NCBI GenBank assembly: GCA_037134915.1
Contig: JBAXLJ010000004.1
Span: 1 to 38,701 of the forward strand
Source: Candidatus Falkowbacteria bacterium
GTDB taxonomy: Bacteria; Patescibacteriota; Patescibacteriia; Patescibacteriales; UBA12465
Direction of reading: 5' to 3'
DNA length: 38,701 nt
Positions 29,480 through 36,570 of the stretch are shown one piece after another. The notes under the pieces are model-generated. The model had not been told where the DNA came from. It ran no database searches and was given only the letters and a program-made list of their open reading frames with translations. Position 1 is the first letter of the stretch. Every line of letters begins with the position of its first letter. Both the position numbers and the translations under genes were made by a program.

Positions 29480-29507
29480 GTTCCAATCTTATCTCATTCT
29501 CCGAGCA
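29480..29507 (+). repeat. Array repeat R6
   Basis: GTTCCAATCTTATCTCATTCTCCGAGCA; TTGACA at 29510. Confidence 0.93.
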
Positions 29508-29583
29508 TATTGACAAAAAACATACCTTATGGTATGTTTTTTAATAGTTAAAATTTTATTGTCGAACCTTAAAATAAAGTATA

Positions 29584-29883
29584 ATGAAATCAATTCAATT
29601 AATTGTAAAGAATAGTGATAACTCTTGTTGGATAACATTTGAAAAGGAAGACACCTTGCTATTTTTATTACCACTAGGAACAATTTTTGAAGCCGTGGAA
29701 AATTACTGTGGTGCAGTGGTAAGTCATTATTACAACGAGAAAGACTCCAAATTCGTCACAAATATCGAAGTTACCAGTATTTTGCGCTTTCAGCTGGAGT
29801 ATTTTAGAGAAGAGCTCTTAAAAAATGGCTGGGTGATTAAATACGAAGACAAATATTTAATCTTTCGTGATGGATGCAAATAA
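29584..29883 (+). CDS. Cassette 7: hypothetical protein
   Basis: 99-aa ORF; terminator AAACCCTGA/TCAGGGTTT at 29902-29934. Confidence 0.75.
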   Translation: MKSIQLIVKNSDNSCWITFEKEDTLLFLLPLGTIFEAVENYCGAVVSHYYNEKDSKFVTNIEVTSILRFQLEYFREELLKNGWVIKYEDKYLIFRDGCK

Positions 29884-29947
29884 TACAATCATTTTTTAAT
29901 TAAACCCTGAGACAAAATAGTTTCAGGGTTTTTTATTTATTAAAAAA

Positions 29948-29975
29948 GTTTTAATCTTATCCCAGTCTCCGAGCA
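29948..29975 (+). repeat. Array repeat R7
   Basis: GTTTTAATCTTATCCCAGTCTCCGAGCA, followed by hairpin AAATAGACTAA/TTAGTCTATTT (29983-30009). Confidence 0.93.
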
Positions 29976-30096
29976 CACACATAAATAGACTAATTTTAGT
30001 CTATTTTTTGCTATAATATTGACTCTATTACCATCTAATGTTAAGGTTTTTTCTCCAGTGAACAGATGATCTGGGTCTTTAAAAATTACATAACTA

Positions 30097-30774
30097 ATGA
30101 AAGCATTATTAGAAACATGTACACCTGGTCAGGTAAAACGAATTATGTCTATAATGGCCGATTCAATACCGACGAAATTGCCTAAAGAAGTGGCCACAAT
30201 GTTAATTGAAGTTCAATTAAAAAAAATGTTGGGCAAACTTTGGGAAGAGGCAGAAAAAGAATTATGGAAGTCTCTAATGAAAACCTTTGACGTAGTTTTT
30301 GTCGCAGAGATGGAGCTTAACGGGAATTTTTCATTTAATGATTATGTGGCAGAAGATCAGGGAAAGTTGATTGGCATACAATGGTCGAGTTCTCGTGTTT
30401 CCGGCTACCCTAAGGCGGAAATTTTCGGAAAGAAGCAGGCTGTCATGGCGAAAGTCACTAAGACATCTTCTGTGGAAGAATTTTGTCTGCACGTGGCTTT
30501 AAATAGAGGATATTTACCAGGCAGAGAAGGGCTAATTCAATTTTATAATACATACTCAGAAAAGATTTCAGAATTAGTTCCGTCGTTTGGTTGGTTGGTG
30601 GCACCCGTGCAAAGTCATAAAGTGCCTTCTTCATTGAATGATGATAATTTTGGTATTATTCCTACTATGCATAAGGAAATTTCCGATGGACAGGGGTTTA
30701 TTATGACAAGTACTATTCAATTGTTGCAACGCGGGCAGTTTGTCCTTTTTTTTACGGATGCTGTAAAAAAGTAG
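30097..30774 (+). CDS. Cassette 8: hypothetical protein
   Basis: 225-aa ORF; terminator at 30793-30822. Confidence 0.8.
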   Translation: MKALLETCTPGQVKRIMSIMADSIPTKLPKEVATMLIEVQLKKMLGKLWEEAEKELWKSLMKTFDVVFVAEMELNGNFSFNDYVAEDQGKLIGIQWSSSRVSGYPKAEIFGKKQAVMAKVTKTSSVEEFCLHVALNRGYLPGREGLIQFYNTYSEKISELVPSFGWLVAPVQSHKVPSSLNDDNFGIIPTMHKEISDGQGFIMTSTIQLLQRGQFVLFFTDAVKK

Positions 30775-30833
30775 AATTACAGATTAATTAAGAAAGCTCA
30801 ATTAAAAAAGTTGGGCTTTTTTCTTATAAAAGA

Positions 30834-30860
30834 GTTTTAATCTTATCCCGGCCCCGAGTA
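30834..30860 (+). repeat. Array repeat R8 (27 bp)
   Basis: GTTTTAATCTTATCCCGGCCCCGAGTA; TTGACA at 30863. Confidence 0.92.
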
Positions 30861-30935
30861 TGTTGACAAAAAAGTATATTTAGTGCTATTTTTGTTTTAT
30901 AAAATAGTAATATTAACAACTTAAACATATAGCAA

Positions 30936-31514
30936 ATGGAAGCAAGTTATGACACGAAGGAAGGGATTGCTAAATCCATTGGAAGTTTAGAAGAATTGGC
31001 AAAACTTTTAACAAAGAGACGTTATGGATATTTTTGGAAAGACGAAGAACTGAAAGAATTTTTTATTCTTGGGAGATATCGGTTGGATAAAAGAGGGAAT
31101 ATAGACAGGCTAACCGGAAAGATACCGAAAGAAATATTTCCAGATTTCCCCGACGTGATGACAAGTGAAGATCTAATTGACTATATTGAGAATAACCCAG
31201 GAGGGATAACAAGAGACGATTTTAAATATGGTACTTTTAAATATGAAAGCATGGTAATAGAATCGGGCTTAAAATGTCCTTCATGCGGGTTAGTTTGGGA
31301 TATAAGCAACGTTCATGAAGCCTTGATATACCGAAATTGTGAATGGATTTCGTTAGATAACTTTGTCGGACAAACTTTAGATGAAGTTATTAAAAAGTTA
31401 AACGAAAAGCATGATGGTATATACGACTTTGGTCCATCTGATCATGGAGACGGTGAAGTTATCGCCCAGCCCAATCAGTCATTATTGACTTCAATAATCA
31501 GACTTTCTCATTAG
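30936..31514 (+). CDS. Cassette 9a: hypothetical protein with one CxxC
   Basis: 192-aa ORF containing CPSC. Confidence 0.75.
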   Translation: MEASYDTKEGIAKSIGSLEELAKLLTKRRYGYFWKDEELKEFFILGRYRLDKRGNIDRLTGKIPKEIFPDFPDVMTSEDLIDYIENNPGGITRDDFKYGTFKYESMVIESGLKCPSCGLVWDISNVHEALIYRNCEWISLDNFVGQTLDEVIKKLNEKHDGIYDFGPSDHGDGEVIAQPNQSLLTSIIRLSH

Positions 31515-31539
31515 AAGTAAATCTCCAAATTAACATATA

Positions 31540-32175
31540 ATGAAAATAAAAAAAGGAACTACCCGCACAACCTTTATTTTTGATTACGTGGTTGTTAAAA
31601 TTCCAGCAATTAACTTTATAATAGTATTTAAAGAAATTTATTATTCACTAAAACTGGCCATGCCCGTAATTAGAAAACAAGGCTTCAAGAAATATTATCT
31701 AAAAAAGAAAGCAATAAAAAGAAGAGCGACGGAAAAAGAAAAAGCCCATATACAAAAAGAATCAGAAGAGTTGGGCTTAGAACTTATCCCTTGTAAGTCT
31801 TACGAGATTTTTAGTATAAAATACTTGATGTTTTCTGGAATTATGGCCAATTGGAATGAATATCTTTTCTACAGAGAAACTAAAAATTTATTTGTACTAC
31901 CAACCTATTTATCTATATTTGGTCTAATTAATTTTCAAAAAAGAGGGAAAGAGATATATTTTTGGAATAGCGACGAGATTAGAGAGTATATTTGTATTAA
32001 TTCTGTTGATGAAGATCAGATTTTTTGTGATTCTCACACCTTCGCCAAAAAAGAGAACTTCTGTTTAGATGGTGATAAGCTAAAAATGCTTGATTATGGC
32101 AGTAGACATGTTCACAATTTCTTAAGATTAAATGGCGACAAGCTATTTAATAACTTCATAAAACCACCAGTGTAA
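31540..32175 (+). CDS. Cassette 9b: putative minimal protein-kinase-like protein
   Basis: GTTR..VVVKIP, N..E, DSH..KENF and MLDYG appear in kinase motif order; terminator 32161-32190 overlaps the stop. Confidence 0.55.
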   Translation: MKIKKGTTRTTFIFDYVVVKIPAINFIIVFKEIYYSLKLAMPVIRKQGFKKYYLKKKAIKRRATEKEKAHIQKESEELGLELIPCKSYEIFSIKYLMFSGIMANWNEYLFYRETKNLFVLPTYLSIFGLINFQKRGKEIYFWNSDEIREYICINSVDEDQIFCDSHTFAKKENFCLDGDKLKMLDYGSRHVHNFLRLNGDKLFNNFIKPPV

Positions 32176-32201
32176 AATTGGTGGTTTTTTAATACAAAAA
32201 A

Positions 32202-32229
32202 GTTCCAATTTTATCCCAATCTCCGAGCA
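32202..32229 (+). repeat. Array repeat R9
   Basis: GTTCCAATTTTATCCCAATCTCCGAGCA; TTGACA at 32232. Confidence 0.93.
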
Positions 32230-32304
32230 TGTTGACAAAATAGCACATTTAGTGATATTTTTTGTTTATTAATTAGTAGTATTCACAATTTAAAAAAATA
32301 GAGA

Positions 32305-32670
32305 ATGAGAAATCTAGTTGAAAGCTTCAACCCCGAGAACCTTGACCCCCAGATTAATTGGCTAAACGATTTGTTGGCAGAATTTTTGAAAGTCAACTTA
32401 ACCCTAAAAATGGCCTTTGATGATTATTTTATTGCCCGCGAGGCTGAAAGCTATGAAGAAGGCGTTAAGAAGTTTAATTTAGAGCGCTGGAGTAGTTGCG
32501 GTAGCGACAGCAACCCAACCTTAGAAATAGTTGAGATAAAAGGGGAGCTAAAATTTGCTTATTCTGCTTACGGCACGCTGGGGCCATTAAAATCCAAAGA
32601 TTATAATCGCGCCATGATAAAAAGTATTGTGGCAAAATTCTTTGCCGAGCCACTTTCTTTTTTTAAGTGA
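32305..32670 (+). CDS. Cassette 10: hypothetical protein
   Basis: 121-aa ORF; terminator at 32691-32720. Confidence 0.78.
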   Translation: MRNLVESFNPENLDPQINWLNDLLAEFLKVNLTLKMAFDDYFIAREAESYEEGVKKFNLERWSSCGSDSNPTLEIVEIKGELKFAYSAYGTLGPLKSKDYNRAMIKSIVAKFFAEPLSFFK

Positions 32671-32764
32671 TTATAAAAATGTTTCACAAGAACCGCCAGT
32701 GTAAAATTGGTGGTTTTTTTATATTATTTAAAATTATTTGAGATATGATAGTCATATAAAAATT

Positions 32765-32798
32765 AAAAACCCACAGTCTTTTTGACTGCGGGTTTTTT
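32765..32798 (-). terminator. Terminator for the convergent gene 32815-33246
   Basis: AAAAACCCACAGTC/GACTGCGGGTTTTT. Confidence 0.75.
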
Positions 32799-32814
32799 AA
32801 AATCAAATTTGATA

Positions 32815-33246
32815 TTAAAAGGGGAGGTAATCTTCAAAGAATTTCTCTAGTCCAGTCGGGAGAAAAAATTCTTCAGATATCGGTGTTAGCAAGCACCTAA
32901 CAGCCCCTTTACCAACTGCTGGACCAAAATAAGAACCAATCCAGGCATCTTCATCCTTCTTAAGTTCATAAGAGATAATGTCGCTCCTTCGTTCGTATTT
33001 CTTTTTAAAGCGGATGATGTTTCCTTCAAGGGACACATCTGTGAGCACTGAAGGGCCGTAATTATCAGATAAAGCGCCTACGCCATCATAAAAATTGTCA
33101 GTAAATTTAATTACTCCGGCAAACATTGTTCGAAAGGTTGCTGGTTGAATCTCAGCTCTTTCGCCAATTTCTGAGTCAAGGCTAATCCCAAGCATAAGGT
33201 TGTTTTGAAAGAAAATTCCATGAACAAGGTAAAGTCTGGTTTTCAT
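32815..33246 (-). CDS. Hypothetical protein
   Basis: 143-aa ORF with an upstream TTGACT and a cassette-like leader. Confidence 0.75.
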   Translation of the reverse strand: MKTRLYLVHGIFFQNNLMLGISLDSEIGERAEIQPATFRTMFAGVIKFTDNFYDGVGALSDNYGPSVLTDVSLEGNIIRFKKKYERRSDIISYELKKDEDAWIGSYFGPAVGKGAVRCLLTPISEEFFLPTGLEKFFEDYLPF

Positions 33247-33371
33247 TCTTTTGTTTTTAAAGGTTCGACAATCTATTTAACTGTGCTTATACTAAAATAA
33301 AACATTGATTTAGTCAATTAAAGATCAATTATCATGTTTTCGCAAATTAAAGTATGTTATAGTGTTCGTGT

Positions 33372-34103
33372 ATGAACAAAACAAAATTAAAAACAGTGAC
33401 CCTGCTAGGGATAGACTGTCTTGATGTTAAAAGACTGTGTTTGGCAATGGAAATTTGCCAAACTAATTTTGAGTTTGCGGATGTCAAAATATTAACTTCT
33501 TTAAATCCTGGTAGTAGTGAAAATATTATAAAAATTAAAGCTATTAACTCTACTGAAGAATATTCCCATTTTATTATAAATGATTTATATAAATACGTTG
33601 ACACGGAGCAGGTCTTAATAGTTCAGTATGATGGTTTTATTCTTAATCCAAATGCCTGGACTGATGAATATTTAAAATATGATTATATTGGCGCGCCTTG
33701 GTTGGTAGCTGATTGGTCAGTGAATAATTTTGACTTTCCGGCGGAATTATTAGGAAAGTTTGTGGTCGGTAACGGTGGATTTAGTTTGCGGAGTAAAAAA
33801 TTACTTAACCTTACCGCCAAGTTGTCCCAAGACGATGAAATCAAAAGATATCACCCTGAAGACGTATCGATTTGTGTGTATTATCGTAAATTGCTTGAAG
33901 ATAATGGAATTAAATTTGCTCCAACAATCCTAGCTAAACAGTTTAGTTTTGAATCCGAGGATATGGAGAATTATTCCTGGGATAATCAATTCGGGTTTCA
34001 TGGGCTTAATTGGACAGATATTTCTAAATGGAGTAAGTCTCATCCCGAGTATAAAATAGATAATCCCGCCACCAAAAAAACTGAAAGATTAAAGTGGCTT
34101 TAG
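33372..34103 (+). CDS. DUF5672-family (glycosyltransferase-like) protein
   Basis: QYDG, YDYIGAPW, GNGGFSLRS, PED, FSFE and FGFH motifs. Confidence 0.82.
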   Translation: MNKTKLKTVTLLGIDCLDVKRLCLAMEICQTNFEFADVKILTSLNPGSSENIIKIKAINSTEEYSHFIINDLYKYVDTEQVLIVQYDGFILNPNAWTDEYLKYDYIGAPWLVADWSVNNFDFPAELLGKFVVGNGGFSLRSKKLLNLTAKLSQDDEIKRYHPEDVSICVYYRKLLEDNGIKFAPTILAKQFSFESEDMENYSWDNQFGFHGLNWTDISKWSKSHPEYKIDNPATKKTERLKWL

Positions 34104-34191
34104 TTTTTATATAGCCAATCATTCTCTCTAGGAAAATTTACAAAATAGCATTTTTATGCTATTTTTGTTGTATATAATTAATTATAAATTT

Positions 34192-34584
34192 ATGAATAAA
34201 GTTACACATTTTGAATTTCCTTGGGATGATAAGGAACGAGCTAAATCTTTTTACCAAAATGTTTTCGGATGGAAGCCTTTTGAGTGGGAACAATTTGGTT
34301 ATACTAGTTGGCAAACGGGTCCGGTTAATGAAAAGATGCAACCAACTGAAACAGGGTTTATTAATGGCGGTTCCAGCAAGCGCGACCCCGAGATGCCTTA
34401 TCCAATGTTCTATATCGATGTCGAAGATATAGATGTGGCGCTTGAAAAGATTGTTGCTCAAGGAGGAGTGATTGCCCGTCAAAAAACCCCACTCGGAGAA
34501 AATGGCGAAATGGGATTTTTGGCTTGGTTTAAAGATTCGGAAGGGAATATCCTGGGTTTATCTCAATATAAAAAATCGGTTTAA
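34192..34584 (+). CDS. VOC/glyoxalase family protein (ATG 34192)
   Basis: VTHFEF...FYQNVFGW, INGG, YIDVEDID and FKDSEGNILGL. Confidence 0.9.
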   Translation: MNKVTHFEFPWDDKERAKSFYQNVFGWKPFEWEQFGYTSWQTGPVNEKMQPTETGFINGGSSKRDPEMPYPMFYIDVEDIDVALEKIVAQGGVIARQKTPLGENGEMGFLAWFKDSEGNILGLSQYKKSV

Positions 34585-34673
34585 CAACCAAGTTTTTGGT
34601 CGCAAGCTTTAGAATTTTTCGGCTTCTGTCTTTAGGGTGATATATGTTATATTAAATTCACAACTGAATAATC

Positions 34674-34780
34674 TTTTTATAAAGAGTGTAGCGAGGGAAC
34701 TAGCCCTAAGACCTGCCAGCAACCCCAAAAGAATCCATTTGGAAGGTGCTACTTCTAGCCCAATAAGGGAAAGATAAAGG
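34674..34780 (+). ncRNA. SAM-I (S-box) riboswitch
   Basis: TTAT.AAGAG..GAGGGAACTAGCCC..GA..CAGCAACC..AAGGTGCTA.TTC..GAAAGATAA matches the S-box consensus in order. Confidence 0.85.
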
Positions 34781-34800
34781 CCGATTTTCTATCTCTAAAT

Positions 34801-34835
34801 AAAAACTCTTTCCTTTTTTGGGAAGAGTTTTTTTT
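34801..34835. terminator. Riboswitch expression-platform terminator (bidirectional)
   Basis: AAAAACTCTTTCC/GGGAAGAGTTTTT; the 5' arm can alternatively pair with GGGAAAGA (34767-34774). Confidence 0.85.
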
Positions 34836-34873
34836 ATTATTAATTAAATTATAAAATTATATTAGAAACAGTT

Positions 34874-35233
34874 TTAGGTTAATTTATTTTCGACGTCTTT
34901 TTTTAGATTTTCGGTAATTTCTAGAGCCTTGTCATACTCTCCACTTCGCGCTGCGATTCGGGCGCTAATAAAGTCATTAAAAGCCGCTTCGTTAATTACA
35001 TGACTTACTTTATTGTTTTGACCAATTATCTTTTTCCAGGCCTGGTAGTCACTATTTTCGAAAGTGCTTAAAAGTTTTTCCTGTTTTTCTTGGGACTCTC
35101 TAGAAGCTTTTTTATTATTTAAATTCAATTCAAAATCCTGATCGGAATCTGAGAAATAATTAGTCATTATTCCGGCTGATAAAATCATTGTCAAGAAAGC
35201 AATATTTATCGCCACCTTTTTGTATTTCTGCAT
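34874..35233 (-). CDS. Hypothetical exported/membrane-anchored protein (ATG 35233 preferred)
   Basis: N-terminal basic and hydrophobic segment followed by a helical domain. Confidence 0.72.
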   Translation of the reverse strand: MQKYKKVAINIAFLTMILSAGIMTNYFSDSDQDFELNLNNKKASRESQEKQEKLLSTFENSDYQAWKKIIGQNNKVSHVINEAAFNDFISARIAARSGEYDKALEITENLKKDVENKLT

Positions 35234-35371
35234 AATTATTTTTTTAATTCTACTTAGTACAGGGTAATACGTTAGAAAATAATATTTCTTCACGTCCTAA
35301 TCTTGGTATTCGTTTTTTATTTAATAAGAGGTATAATTTAAAAGTATTCCGAAAAATAAAGTAATAATTTT

Positions 35372-35806
35372 ATGACCGACTTAAAAAATGATTTAAAAAC
35401 TATTGAACCAACTTGGCACGAAAAGCACGTGGTAGCTTCCACTGTGGGTGAAAAAATAGCTGATAAAACGGCTAGTTTAATGGGTTCTTGGAAATTTATT
35501 ATCTTTCAAACTATCTTTGTGATTCTGTGGATGTCTTTAAATGTGGTTGGTTTTATTAATCATTGGGACGCCTATCCTTTTATTTTGCTTAATTTAATTT
35601 TCTCGACTCAAGCGGCTTACGCGGCGCCAATCATTATGATGGCCCAAAACCGTCAGAACGATCGTGACCGTTATCAAGCTAGAGAGGATTATTACACCAA
35701 TGTTAAGGCAAAAAAAGAAATAGAGGCGCTGCAGAAATCTTTAACTAGAATTGAGATTGATAAATTAGATAAAATCATTGATTTGTTGAGTAACTACTCA
35801 AAATAG
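35372..35806 (+). CDS. DUF1003 family membrane protein
   Basis: GSWKFI, DAYPFILLNL and QAAYAAPIIMMAQNRQ. Confidence 0.92.
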   Translation: MTDLKNDLKTIEPTWHEKHVVASTVGEKIADKTASLMGSWKFIIFQTIFVILWMSLNVVGFINHWDAYPFILLNLIFSTQAAYAAPIIMMAQNRQNDRDRYQAREDYYTNVKAKKEIEALQKSLTRIEIDKLDKIIDLLSNYSK

Positions 35807-35898
35807 ACCGACTAGTAATTAAAGCTTATAAGTTGACAAAACAAAGATAATTGTGTTAAATTTCGTTTAGACTATACGAACCTTAAAAATAAAAAGCC

Positions 35899-36486
35899 AT
35901 GAGAAAATTACAGTCGTCTGCGCCTGAATATCGGAAGATATGTCAGGAGTTTGTTTTTTTAATTAGGGAAGCCTTAAAAAAGGCCCCTAAAAAAGGTGAT
36001 CAGAATTTTTATAGCCACTTAGCTAATAACTATTTGGTTAATAGTGATTTAAAAATAATGCGTCCTTTAGCTAAAGAGAATTGGCCGGTGGAATTCAGTT
36101 GGCTTTCGGCTAGCCCGGGACTTTATTGGCCGGTCATGACTAGAAGTCTTTATGTTAGAAGTATTTTTGATTCGCCTTTTATCGCGACGCCACTTTATTT
36201 TGGCTATGCAGTGGTCTCTGGCGAGCTTAAGCGCACCGCTTTTTATGTTGCTGAATTACTGTTTAATCAGAGTCAGGTCGTAATCGATCCTTTAGCCTAT
36301 CTTAATGAGGTTAAACCGGATTATTATCTTGGTTGCCGGGTTGACAAAAAAGATTTGGAAAAATATCTACGCGAAAATGTTGATCCTCTGGAATCCTTGG
36401 CTAGTCGAAGGAGTTTTAGTCGGTGGGAGCTTCGTCATAAAGCCTCCCATCACGCTTCTTTTATGGATTATGATCTGGGTTGGTAG
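35899..36486 (+). CDS. Hypothetical protein
   Basis: 195-aa ORF with its own TTGACA promoter and terminator (36492-36524). Confidence 0.72.
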   Translation: MRKLQSSAPEYRKICQEFVFLIREALKKAPKKGDQNFYSHLANNYLVNSDLKIMRPLAKENWPVEFSWLSASPGLYWPVMTRSLYVRSIFDSPFIATPLYFGYAVVSGELKRTAFYVAELLFNQSQVVIDPLAYLNEVKPDYYLGCRVDKKDLEKYLRENVDPLESLASRRSFSRWELRHKASHHASFMDYDLGW

Positions 36487-36570
36487 AAAATAAACGTGGT
36501 CTTATAACTAGACCACGTTTTTTTGTGACTCTTTATCATATTTTATTTTTATGCTATTATCATCAGTAAT

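Larger units (their letters stand above)
24478..32720 (+). mobile_element. tRNA-Gln-anchored array of ten gene cassettes delimited by tRNA-3'-like direct repeats (putative)
   Basis: Nine ~28-bp repeats separate co-oriented promoter-ORF-terminator units; no integrase in the window. Mobility is inferred. Confidence 0.7.

Noticed and set aside
26502-32229. CRISPR array (28-bp repeats starting with GTT)
   Set aside because: Intervals are hundreds of bp to >1 kb and contain whole genes; the repeats are degenerate; no cas genes are present.
26502-32229. Classical integron attC sites
   Set aside because: No RYYYAAC...GTTRRRY palindromic structure, cassettes have their own promoters, and there is no intI in the window.
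24478-32720. Prophage or single genomic island
   Set aside because: No structural, replication or integrase genes; each gene is individually delimited.
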